Part shown: piece by piece, positions 48,580-61,126 of the stretch
Position numbering within the stretch: the stretch's first letter is position 1
How the letters are laid out: the number at the start of each line of letters is the position of its first letter
NCBI GenBank assembly: GCA_035084275.1
Contig: CM068769.1
Span: forward strand, 1,736,001 to 1,800,000
DNA: 64,000 nt
From: Hydrolagus colliei
Lineage: Eukaryota
Direction: 5' to 3'
Translations under genes and position numbers: made by a program
Notes under the pieces: generated by a model
Told to the model about the DNA's origin: nothing
Databases searched by the model: none
What the model saw: only the letters and a program-made list of their open reading frames with translations

Positions 48580-49333
48580 CCTTTTTGCATTTCTGGAAGC
48601 CTGGATGCAGCATTGTCTTGTTCGAAAAATTTCGAGCTCTACATCTGTATGTAGCGCTGTCGGCAACTTGCAAATCATTAATTTCCAGCCTTGATGTCAT
48701 TGCTCCCACTTTGATAACATCAAACGGTCTTTCATTAGGGATAGGCTTCCAATCTCCTCCGTTTGGAAACGGCCTTCGAAATGCCAAGCTAATGGTTCCG
48801 TAGCTCCCCGAATTCCCTTCTGCAAAGACGCAGTTGATGGTCAAAGAATCGCATTCTTCTTTATTGTCAGAGGTTGGTATCTGTGTTACGGTTTCACTGA
48901 AAACATCTGAAACATGTAAAATAGGACATCAGGTTAATACAGGCAAAACCCTGACCTACACCAGCATCAGCAATTCCCGATGCTTGGCCTCAGTTGAATT
49001 GATTTCAATGAATACAATAATTATATAATTATGCTATCATGTTTAATGAATAGAATACACGCAGAACAGATTACTCGGTAGGAATCGGCTGTGGCTTTTC
49101 GCCCGCAAATAAAATAAAAATAAAAAAGAAGTACGGTCAGTTCTTCATACAATATACACTTTGAAGTGCTTTAACACGTTTCATCGATCTCAAAAGCCTC
49201 TGTATCAACGCAAGGAATAATGTAAATTATGCTAAGTTACAGTGTAACGATGCTATTCACTCGGGCAGTGTAATTGGAACAAAAACTCACCTTGTAAGCA
49301 GTGAAAGGCGATGGCGACAGAGATGAGATGCAT
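48580..49333 (-). CDS. NAR-TCR/IgNAR-like V segment (leader 49291-49333, V exon 48618-48906), open reading frame
   Basis: Leader MHLISVAIAFHCLQ|gtgagt. V: DVFSETVTQIPTSDNKEECDSLTINCVFAEG...LAFRRP...SRLEINDLQVADSATYRCRAR. Short FR2-to-second-Cys interval (46 aa, no CDR2) and a TYRC motif as in VNAR. RSS GACAATG-22-GCAAAAAGG. Confidence 0.88.
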
Positions 49334-49779
49334 TCTCTCCTCGCTGGACAACAGCGTGACTGTGTGAAACACAAGGATATTGTGTAGCAGCGTTAGAGAC
49401 TAAATTATACTTGTACAGAGCCTTTCGCTTCAGGAGAATAACATTAGCTTGTGATGTGATGCCTGCTGACAGCGCATTTGGGAGTTGGAGGAGGGCGGGG
49501 CGAGAAGCTTTTTAGGGAAAGTGAATAACAAACTGTGTACGTGAGCAAGGGGCAGAAGGGGGGTGATTTGGTGGTTACTATTGAATAAAATGAGCAGTTG
49601 GCGAATGCAGTGAGAGGAAAGTAAGTAAAGGCTCGCCAAGTGGGAAATCGGCTGCGTGTTGTAGTGAGTGCGTAAAAACAGGTTAACTACGAGAACAAAA
49701 AAATTACATTGATAGAGCGCCTTTCACGTCGGGAGGAGGTTCCAAGGCGCTTTACAGCGAGATGGGGACCAGTGTCGTA

Positions 49780-50400
49780 GAGGAAGGGGACGGGGTAGGG
49801 GCTAGAGGAAGGAGACTGGAAAAGTGGTTGAGTTAGTAGGGTAGATGGAGAGAGTTGGCAGTGGAGGGGGACAGAGAAGGCAGGTGAAGGGAGAGTTTTG
49901 GAATGGGAGTGAGTGATTAATGCGGGTTCTGAGAGATTTGGGGGTGGTGGGAGAGATGTGGGAGGGGACGGAAAAAGTTGGCAGCGGAGGGAGAGAATTG
50001 GGAGGAAGAGGGATTTGGAAATGGGGGCGAGATTAGGGAGGAGAAGAGTGCTGGAAGGGGTGGGAGAAAGTTGCGAGGGGAAGCAGAGTGTTTGGAGGAA
50101 TGTGAGAGAGGTTCGAGGGGAGAGCGAGAGATTTGGCAAGTGAGTGAAAGATTTGGGAGAGGAGAATGCGAGAGTTGGGAAGGTGGAGCGAGAGAGTTGT
50201 GAGTGGGAGGAAAAAACTTGGGAGGGGAGAGAGCAGAGATGGGAGGGAATTGGGAGGGGATGCACAGAATTGTAGTGCAGGGAGATAGTTGGTCATGGAC
50301 GGAGAGAGTTTGGAGGGGAGGGGGAGATATTTGGCAGATGTAGGGGAGTGTTAGGAGGAGAGGGGTGGAGAGATGGGAGGGGAGATGATGGGTGATGATG
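49780..50400. repeat. GA-rich low-complexity region attached to an L2 3' end
   Basis: Purine-rich degenerate repeat following the L2-type tail at ~49690-49770. Confidence 0.7.
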
Positions 50401-53045
50401 TCAAACTAGAAACTAGGGTAAAGGCATTGTGTGTACGTACAATGGCTTGAGTCGAATCTGATAGAAAGAATTATGGAGGGTTGCAATGTGGCACAGTGGA
50501 AGACGATTTGGCAGCCAAAGGTTCAGTTGAACCGTTTTAAAACTTCTCAGCTGCTGTACCAATTTAGAGCGTTTGCAGCATTAATATTTATGTTACATCT
50601 TGGCCAATCCATCTCTCTGTCTAAGTGTCTGACTTTGAAGTTGAGGCCAGTTGTGGAGAAAATTATTTACCTATTTACCCAGCTGTAATTAGGAACACGT
50701 TTATTTGTCGTTTGTCCAATGGCTTTGGACAGTAAACATTTCCTTCAAAATAATACTAATAATTGTGAGATCGCTCATTCCACGATTGAGTGTTGAAATT
50801 CGCTATTCATAATAGTCTGCAAACGTTGTCCACCAAACATTCAACAACATCAATTTGTGTATATATAGCGCCCTCCTCGCTGGACGGCGTCTCAGAGCGC
50901 TTCAAATTAAAGGTACATGCCAAGGAGAGCAGGAGAAAGCTGACCGAATGTGACACTATCAATACCCTTGTATCCTGTCAAGTGCTTGGAGCCCTCTCGA
51001 ACAAGTAATCAGCTGGTATATAAAATGTCAGCATTAGGAATATTTTGTTGTCTATTCTGACGGAAAGTAATTCTCTTTCCAACTGGCATTTGTGTTAAAT
51101 ATCGAGATGGTTGAGGGGATGTGAGGAGGAGATGATAGTTAGTGGACATAGAAGTTTGAGATTATTTTTGACTTCATAATGGAATGTGTGGAGAATGCAG
51201 TTTGGGGCTTTTTGTATGAAAGTGGTGATACTATTGATCATTCTGGAGACAATTTATTGTTGATATTCATGATAATCAACGCTTTTCGTATAGTGCTTAA
51301 TGACCTAATCGAGACGTCTCCAAGTGCCTCACGGAATGCAGAGTGGAACAGAGTGACATTGCGTTTTGTGGGTGAAACATTATGCAATTACGCACTGCAG
51401 GTTCTCACGGACAGAAGTGTATTTAATTATCAAATTGTTATTTAAAATGTAGTTCCTATACATTTCAGCGAATTATTACTTGATTTATTTTCTTTGACAT
51501 ATCTATTTATTTTTGTTAACTTCGTACTTAATTATTCAGAATTGTTGTTGTTATTTTGGTTTATTTACGCTTAATAATTGTTATTTCATGTATTTTTCAA
51601 GCATTTCTTTAATTATATTTTTTACTAACTAGATAATGACTTGGTTTGTCTATTTGTTTGAGTGTTTATTGGCTGATGTGTCACTTTTCCAAGGATAAGT
51701 TCCACTGGAACATGACTCGCCAATCGACTAACAACCGGGTTCCTATTTACTGTTCAGTAAAGAGAGGCAAGTGTCATAAAGAAACTGTCTATAGGTTTCG
51801 TCCAGCCTGGGAATCAAACGCAGGACTTCTCGATTGTTACGTAGGACGTCTCGCCTTAAAATTGGAGGATTCCACATTGTTTGTTAGATGGTGGCATCTA
51901 GTGGTGGTTCAGGAGAATGACAGCGTATGGTTTAAGTTGATATAGGAAACATGCAAGTTGGTTTTCAGTTAACCGTGTAAACATTGAATGCGGGATAAGT
52001 CGTATAACATTAATATTAATATTTTGCTCACATCAACACTCTCCACCACAACCACACTTCCCATATTGACGGTTTCTCGCGAACTCCGATCTCCCTCCCA
52101 CACACGCCCATCTCGTGTCTCTCTCCAAAGAACCTCCCATCCTCCAACCCCACACCCCTACGTAGCTCTCATCTCCCCATAGCTCTCGCCTCCCTGCATA
52201 GCTACCACACTTCCCATAGCACTACATCCAACTCCCCCACTCCACCCCACCACATTCCACACACAACTCAATCTCGCAAAGAGGTTCAAACAATGACACA
52301 CTTGCACCATTGAAGACTCAAATGTGCTCTGCGGCCTTCAGCACGGAAAATAAATAAAAGTTGTTGTATTTGTTCTTGTCATTCATCAAATGCGCAATAT
52401 ATCACAACATATTTAGCTGTGAAGTAACTTAACTGTGTATACATTGGACAGCCAGATAACACTGTTCAAGTGCGGATGGGTTCCGGATACTGTTGTGAAT
52501 GGAACCAACCACCAGAACACACTGCATATTTTGCAGCTGCCTACGCTATGGAAAGTAGTCCAAGGGCGCTGGGCCATCAGGGATTTTGGATCCGAGACAC
52601 AAGTTGGCTGTTCATGTGGGATGGAGGCCTGGGGTGGTGCGGATGGAATGGTGACTGACTCCACGGGCAAGGAGGAGAATTATAACTTGATAATCTAATT
52701 TTTCTGGAAAATTTCACGGCAGGCAGAGGGCACAGGTTGCTGGACAGTTAGCGCTTCGCATGAGAGTTTCGGCTCGGAATCAGGAAGGTTGAACGGCAGT
52801 GGGAGTTGTAGGTTGATTAGAAGCAAAGTCGATAACGAGTGTCTGGAGCTGGGTCTTGAGGGTAGTGAAAGAGAGAGAGGGCGAGCCAAACGGACAGCAA
52901 TATAGAGCTCCAGGGTGTGGGGGCGGAGAATACTCGATCACCGATAATTTCTTTAGTTTATTGGATAATTTCATCGAATCCCCGCAGGGCCTCAATGCCT
53001 GACCAAGATTCTGCACACTTTCCAACAGATGTACACAACGACAGC

Positions 53046-53399
53046 TGTTTAGGTTCTAGCGTTGCAGTGTACTTCACCACTGTGGTGAGACTGAAGGCAC
53101 AGTAATATACTGCAATGTCAGATGTCAGCAGCTCAGAGATGGATAAACTGGTGATAGAACTAGATTCCTGCAGTTGAGCAGGGATACGGTTTCCAAATCC
53201 TGTTCGTTTCACTAGATCGCCATCACCAGAATATATCTTCAGACTATAAACTCTGGGTGTTTGTCTGGGTAATGTATGTACCAGAATAGATAGTAATTGC
53301 TGGCAGTAGTGGTGCAGATACATACAAGATTGGCAGCTCTCCTTCTTTCTGAACCATCGTCGGCAGCTTTCTGTCTGACAGAATCGGCGTCACAGAGTT
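53046..53399 (-). pseudogene. TCR alpha/delta-type V exon (53085-53399) with 23-RSS, pseudogene
   Basis: LCDADSVRQKAA...CICTTTASNYYLFWYIHYPDKHPEFIV* [shift] ...GFGNRIPAQLQESSSITSLSISELLTSDIAVYYCAFSL. Acceptor reads ttccac| (AG to AC). RSS CACAGTG-23-ACCTAAACA. Confidence 0.88.
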
Positions 53400-55552
53400 G
53401 TGGAATAAACCAGGAGAAGCAAGGCGAAATATTGTTCACTTAATTCACAGTTCATTTGTCAGCAGTGGAACAATAGTTAGCAACACGTTTTACACAGCGT
53501 GTTATAGCATCTTTGAGACGCCTTAGTGCGCTGTCCAGCATATGCAATCAAAGACTTTCCTCCACTTCGAGTTCTATACACCCATATCTCCCATCACAGC
53601 TCACACCAAAGAAGCCCACATCTCCCGAGCTCCCATCTCTCCAGCTCTGAGCACTGACTGCCTTCCTCCCCAAACACTCCTTCCTAAGAAATCGGAATCA
53701 TTGCTGGAATATCCTGCACTTCGTGTAGGCCTCCCAAAGCGAAATATTCTTCGGCGGACGGGCTATTAATCTCCCTGCTCCCATACACTTCAACACCATC
53801 CAACAGTCCCTTCGCCTCGCTTCCTCCCTTGCCTGTTTAAGGCCGGTCTCAAGACACTCCACTTCGATCGTGCCTTTTGCTGCACTCCCAACACTCTCCC
53901 GCTCACCTTCCAACTCCCTCCCTCTCGCCCCTGCCAACAATCGCCCTCTCCAACTCTCAACTATATTCCTACCGTCCCAACTCTCTCACTTCCCTCCCAA
54001 GTGTCTACCACCGCCCTAGAATGCCCTCCCGACGTGAGATGCGCTCTATAAATTTACTATTTTGTTGCTGTTGCTTTGATAACAGCAATGCATGATAATG
54101 ATAATTTGCTTTACTGCTTTACTGATTCCAATTTGTTGGAGCGCCATCTGACGTCTTTTATTTGATACCAGGTGCCTCACAGAACATAGCTTGCTTGTAG
54201 TTCAGTACATTTCGTCTGAAAGTACGGCAACCAACAGTACAGCTGTGTTTCACAATCAGTCGTGGATTGTGTGACTACCGCTTTTGTAAGGTATGACAAA
54301 TATTGCATTTGATATCGTGGCTTTGCAAATCTAATCGAAGTCTCAAAGCGCTTCACTGAATATACACTAAAGCGAATTGATGGTAGACATATGGGCGAAA
54401 CTCGGCAGCCAATTATGCACAGTATTTTCCCACAAACAATCATGGATTGAAACGACCCATTTTTTAATTGTGATTGTTAACTTGTTACTAAATCTCCCTG
54501 AAAAGAAATTGGCTGATCGACTAGCAACTGGCGGCCAATTTTGCGCTCGGCAAACAGAGGAATTTGGAAGATGGAATCTTGCCCACCGATTCGCCAAGAT
54601 GGTTATCAAACTAGTAGTCCTCTCTCCGAAACCTTTCTCGGAAAAATACGGTCAATTCTCTTTACAGTATGCTCTGTAAAGCAAATTGAGATGTCGATAA
54701 GATGTGAAACGCGCTACATCAAATGCAAGGATTATTATTATATTATCATAACCTTGTCTCATATTCCATTCTACAAAGATGCAGCTTGATATGTTGGGTG
54801 TTCCCAGCTATTTCAGTGTTTGTTCCAGTTTACATTATGTTTCACTCACAAAACATTAAACTCAAGACAATATGTCGTTGTGTATCATCAACATCATTTG
54901 GGATCACTGGCTCGAAATTATTTTGCCTAACGAGCAAAGCCATTGAGACAGTGAGACACTTGAAAAATACTTCACTTGAAACAGTGTGATATCTAAAAGA
55001 GGGACATCTAAAATTGCTGGATAAGATTCTGTGTGATGTGTATTGAAAGTTTCTGTCTGCCAACTCGCCGTTAACTTCTTTTACATTATATTCACTGACA
55101 CACGTTGAGACATCAACCAACATCAAAAACAAAGTTACAGTTGTATAGCGTCTTTCACGTCAGGAGTACATCCCAAGGCGCTGCATATTTACTGCTTCAG
55201 ACCCGAGCTGAGGAGAGGTGGGGATGTGGGGAGGTGGGGAGTGGTGGCGGAGGAGTTCCGATGGATCCATCGAAGAGGAGAGTCTTTGGGCGAGACTCGA
55301 AGAAGGCCATCGAGCTATGATAATGCGCCCATAACCAAAATTAAAGATTATTATTGCTAATGTTTCTTACAATCTTTCCCTATGTATTCTATCACTTGTT
55401 CGCCTGTGGTTGGAAATGTAGTCATGTGTTTCCTCTGAGAGACACAGCAACAAATGTAGGAGTTGTCAAATAGGTCAACCGTCAGCAACGCCATCTGTAC
55501 TGTGTTTAAACCCATTAACTCGCTTCACAGGTTTATATTCAGTGGGGAAGAG

Positions 55553-55899
55553 TGTTTTTGTACGAGTCGCAGACTGGTTATCATCACTGTGTGGACGGAG
55601 AACACAGTAATACACAGCGCTGTCAGACAGCTCCAGCTGGGAGATAGTTAAACTGCTCAGGTTTGTCGAGGTCTGGAGTTCCATAGAGATTCGTTTATCA
55701 ATAAACTCCGCTCAGTATGCATTCCCACTGGAACGCTTCATGAGGACATACTGCGGTTGATTTCCCAGCTGTTCTCGATACCATTGCAAATAATAGCTGC
55801 TGAGAGATGTGTCCTACTGACTTTCCATGGTTACACTTCCTCCTACTTTCTCGGTCACTGGAGTCGCCTTCTGTGTCATAGAGTCTCCTTGGGCCAGGC
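55553..55899 (-). pseudogene. TCR alpha/delta-type V exon (55592-55899) with 23-RSS, pseudogene
   Basis: LAQGDSMTQKATPVTEKVGGSVTMESQ*DTSLSSYYLQWYREQLGNQPQYVL...Y*AEFIDKRISMELQTSTNLSSLTISQLELSDSAVYYCVLRP. First Cys lost, two stops, acceptor tttcac|. RSS CACAGTG-23-ACAAAAACA. Confidence 0.9.
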
Positions 55900-58800
55900 G
55901 TGAAATACACAAACATGCAGTCCCGTAGATCAAGCGTTAGAGTGCTCGCTTCGCAAGCGAGAAGACCTGGGTTCGATTCCTGGGCATGACAGAGCAAATC
56001 GTCAGGCAAGTTTACCAATAAGCATGCGTTTGGTTGCCTAGCGTCAAGTGGAACCCAATTGTTTGTCGATTGGCGAATTGTGTTTACCAAGGGTAACAAT
56101 CAGTTTGAAAATAAAGAAAGTATTTAGTCAGTCAATCAACGATCGTTTGTGGGACACTACTGTGAGCTCCTGGCTTCCCATTTTCTTGCACGAATTACAT
56201 TACTATTCACACAATATTCTGTGGAAGTGATTTTAGTATCTGAAACTCGTGCTTGACACAATGCGTCGATTCCTAGTTTTGTTATGAAACCTTTGGCAAG
56301 TTTGCCTACTCCATCCGCCTAATAATAATCCCTCAACAAATATACAATAATAAAATTGGTCACTTCAATCCACGACTGTTTATGGGACACTGCTGTGCAC
56401 AATTGGCTGCAGCGTGTTGCCCACATATATACAATCAATTGGTTTTACAGTATACTCTGTGAAGCTTTGAGACATCAATATGATGTGAAAAGTGATTCAT
56501 CAAATGCAAGTATAAATATTATTAGTAGTATTAACATAATGAAGAGTATATATATACACATAAACAAATCAAAGATTTTGAAAACTGGTTTAAATGTCTA
56601 CTGTTACACCATATTACCTATTAAAATGGCAACCAGGGGCAGACGCCCATTGAATCTCCGCATTGCCATCACTCACTCCAAGATCGCGATGTTTTGTGGT
56701 AAATTATTCGTGTTGATCTGAGAAATGCAACTCTAAGCCACGTGACGTTTGATCGCGGTGACCTCACTTCCTAATCCTGTGATGTGGACATCAACTGATC
56801 AGTGGGCTGGCGATGTCAATATGTCACAGTTATTCCTCTGTGGAACGGGATGGCGGAGCGAATCTTAAATGGTATAATCCAGTGTGGCGACAGGAGAATT
56901 GTTAGAATAATAATACTTTTGCAATTTGGTATTACTTTCTGTTTTAACGATGAAGCATCTCCAAGCATTCTACACAATATACTGTCAAGATTAGTGACTT
57001 TAGACCATATTTGTATGTAGTCATGATATTACATGGAATGAGTTAATGGTGTGGAACTTATACCCGACGAGCTGTGGACTGGATATCAATGAAACTGGGC
57101 TGGAATCAGAGCAAAAATCCGTAGAATCGCGAAACGCGGCAGCCAAATTGCGCACAATAGTGTCCAACAAACAGTCATGTTAGTGTGATTAGGGGGAAAC
57201 TAGGGTACAATGGCAAGGGGATGGTGTAACGGTAGGGGGAAGGAGAGCACGACCCGAAAGGTTGACTTAATTTTTCTTTCTCAATAGTTGCTGCCTGGCC
57301 TGCTGATTGTTCCCAGCCATTTCTGATTTTGTTTCAGATTTCCAGCCTCTGCAATATTTTGCGTGTTTATTCAGGCAGAATATATTGAAGGGAGTTCAGC
57401 TAGTTGGTCACACGTATTGTGTAGCTATTACTGAACATAATTGGCTACGATTTATGCGCTCGATACACCGTCTGGCATTGAGTACGCTATCTATTTAGAA
57501 GCAACTTGTTGTTGTTGATCTGATTGTTCATGTCAATTATGGTCAACCTCATCTTGGACATATGTGGAAACCCACAACCAGGCTCAAGCAAATCCAAACC
57601 AGGTGGAGCATTCCATTCATACCACCATTCCTATCGGATAATACAACAATTATTATTCCGCTTGATATGAATCCTTTAGAATCCAATACCTCGGAGCCTA
57701 GAGCTATCACACGATAAGCGAGACATGGGTTTGCTTCAGAGCATGGCAAAAGTTGGACAAGCTGATGTACTCCTCTGTTGATGCCTCTGTTTATTTAGCA
57801 TTAAATAGTAACCCGGTTGTTAGTCGATTGGCCAATCACTGATTAGGCATTGTTAACCAATCATTATATGACAATGATTACGTCACCAAATTTACAATTT
57901 TTCATGGAACACTGCTATGCACATTTGGCTGTTGCGCGTCGATCATTAAAATTACAGTGCATTCACATTATGGTGTATTTTATGTACCGTTTTGTTGGGT
58001 ATCGATGACGTGATCAGCTGCTATTCTAACCACAATGATTATTATTGTTGTCCTCATGTCTTCGGAACGCCTCAAACTACTTCGCAAAATACATGTATCG
58101 ACTACAATTGTTTGAAGGTGATGTGAAGTCAGAAAATCAAGACAGTGGATTGGCTCTAGTGGTCAACGTATGATAGTTCATCTCTGTCTTCATATTTGAT
58201 GTAAAACGTGACATAGTGCAATGATAGAAATAATAATGTGTTGTACGTTCACGTGTCTTACGCCAGCTCCTAATACAGTAAAACACTAACCTACCAGTCG
58301 TAGATTTTGATCCTCCAATAAATAGTATTGTTGATGATAATAAACTTTTTAACGTGATATAGTGCCTAATCACATCTTCAAGATATGTTAAAGCGAATCA
58401 CGGTGAAGAGAATTAACTCTATATTTGAATTAACTCTATATTATCTCTCCCCCATCCTCGCCAGAATCCATTGACACTCATCATCTCATTTGTGAAAGCG
58501 AAACACAGTATCTACAGTGAAGTGAATTAAATCTATATTTGACGGGTAGATAAACGGCAGCCAATTGTGCAGAGTACTGACAAGCAAACTGTCAGAGATT
58601 GATAGAACATTTACTATTGTTCATTTTGGCGGAATTATCTGCTCTGGGTAAACTCATTGACGAACAACTGGATTCCAGCTTCCAACCAAAATAACTTTGA
58701 TTCACATAGCGCCCTCCACGCCGGATGGTGTCTCAGAGAGCTTCAAAACAGTGGATACCGGGACCGAACCAGGGGTAGGGTCACAAAGTTTACCAAAGGC

Positions 58801-61126
58801 GAGGTCGAAGAGAAAGTTATTCAGCTATGACGTGAAACTGGGAAGAGGCGAAGGAGTTGAGGCAGGCAATTCCAAGTTTATATCGGTTTTTGGAGTGAGG
58901 TATTGCCGGCGACGAGCGATCCGTCGAAGGTTATAGAAGGCAGTGTTGTTAACGGACCGGATGAGGAGGAGGAAGGACAGTTCGGAGTCGAAGCTCATGC
59001 CTAGGTTGCGCACAGGTTCAATAACAATACCAACAACAATTTAAACTTAAAGAACGCCTTTCATGTCGGGAGGATGTCCCAAGGCGCTACACAGGAGGCG
59101 TGTGACCCGAGCTGGGAGGGGAGTGTTCGGGAAGGGGTGAAACACGCAGGGAGGTCGAAACGTTCGGGGGGGAACAAAATGCACGGTCGAAGAGGAAAGT
59201 CTTCAAACCGGCCTTGAAAGAGGAAAGGAAAGACACAAGGCGGAGGGATTGGGGGATTGAATTATTTAGGGTGGGAGCGGAGAAACTGAAGGCCCGGCCT
59301 CCAATGGTGGGGCGGTTAGGGAGGGTTTCTTGGAGCAGGTCAAGTCCGGCCAAGGTTCGGATAGGTTTATGAGCACGCCGGGATGTGCCACTAAATCACC
59401 ACACGTATGTCGCACTCCATATCTCTCACCCCCACAACCCGCCACCCTACGATGCCCTATCACACTTCCCCACACCCAACCAAAATAACTCTCGTATCAA
59501 CACTGCTCCCTCCTCCACCCTTAGCTACCACACTTCCCATAGCTTCCACCCTCATTCGAATCTCGGGTTGAAAGACGGAATTTCTTGTGCCTTGCTACGT
59601 CCTCACCAAATTGAAGACAGAATGTTCATGTTCGGCCTAAAGGGCCCAAAATCAATACAATTCGTTGAATTTGTTGTTGGCGATAAAGGCGCCAGACAAC
59701 TGTACATATTTTTGCTCAGAAGTGACTTAACTCTGTATACATGGGTAGCTTGACAACCAAATGACACTTTTCAAGTTCCCAGATACTGTTGTTGATGAGA
59801 TCAACCACCACAACACACTTGTGCACCTTCCTTTTCTATGGAAAGTAGTCTACAGTAGTTCACTTTACAGTGCCTTCTGCGAAGCGCTTTCAGTAGCCCA
59901 GAAAACGCCAAAACCGCTTTATCGGAAGGACTATTATTATTATTATTATTACTATAGTCTGTCTGTAACACCGTTTGTCTAAAAATATAAATAGTGATTC
60001 CTTCAATTGATACAGCGGATTATAACTTCTTTATACACGTCTCAATTCTCTTCAGGTCTTCTGAACGTCTAAAGGAGATTTACGGAATATACAGTCAAGG
60101 GAATTGACTGTAGAGTTGACGATGAATTCCGGCAGTAAATTTCGCACAGCAGTGTCCCTCAAACAGTGGTGAATAACAGCGAGTTATTACCGATTATTTT
60201 TCTTGTAGGATTATTACCATGTGTGTGGAGTAAGGAAACTTGTCCAAGGATTCACACTGCTGATGTGGCTATATGCCAAAATTACAAATCGTTTCAAAGG
60301 TAACAAAATTGCATGCCGAGTGCCTCTCAACTTGCGCATCCCAACGGCACATCATGCTGTGGTCTATTCTACATCCCCCGACCCATCTGCCCAACCAATC
60401 GCATGCGAGCTTTTAGCCAATTTGCCCCCAAACTCTGGAGCTGCATACCGCAGTCCCTCCGCCTCGTCCCTTCTCTGGCCCGCTGCAGGTCTCGACTGAA
60501 GACTCGGCTTTTCGACGGAACCATCAGCAACTGCTAATCCAGCCCTTCCATTATTTTGCATCCACCCACGCGTCCTCTGCTCTGGTGAGAAGCAGTAACT
60601 GCCCAGCGAATGCGAATATCCGGCTGACGTGAACGGCGCTGTACAAATGCAATTCTGTTGCTGCCGTTCTTCGTTACACAGCTCCTTTACTGCGGAATAG
60701 TTGTCTGTTTCATTCTGCAAGAAGGTTGAAAAACAATTGCGAGCAGGAGGTGATGATTTGGAGCGGACTGCGCATTCTTCCAAAATACTGCTGCAATTCT
60801 TGCTTGTTACACTGTTGACTATTGGTCCAAAGATTTAGTAAATAGAAAGAAACATGGGAACCGTCGGGCTGCTGAAGTGTCTGCACCCCGCAGGGTCTCA
60901 ATGCCTGACCAATAAACTGAAATAAGTAAATAGCAGCTGGAGCTTTAGCACCCAACTCGTTCAATAATTGCTGTCTGCATTTATTGTAATGTATAATTAT
61001 GTGAGAGTTTAGCTGCCAAGCTGATGGGAGGGGAATGTGCTTTCCTCTGAGTCTGGCTGCTGAAGTGACTGCTCCCCGCAGGGCCTCAAGACCTGATCCA
61101 GATTCCGCTCGCGTTTCAACCAGACG

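Noticed and set aside
51885-51905. CTCF-like motif TGGTGGCATCTAGTGG
   Set aside because: Single partial match; cannot be supported without a PWM scan or ChIP data.
55918-55992. tRNA-Ala(CGC)-like cloverleaf
   Set aside because: The anticodon arm is good but the acceptor stem is poor, and it continues directly into SINE body sequence. It is a SINE head, as are the other tRNA-like stretches.
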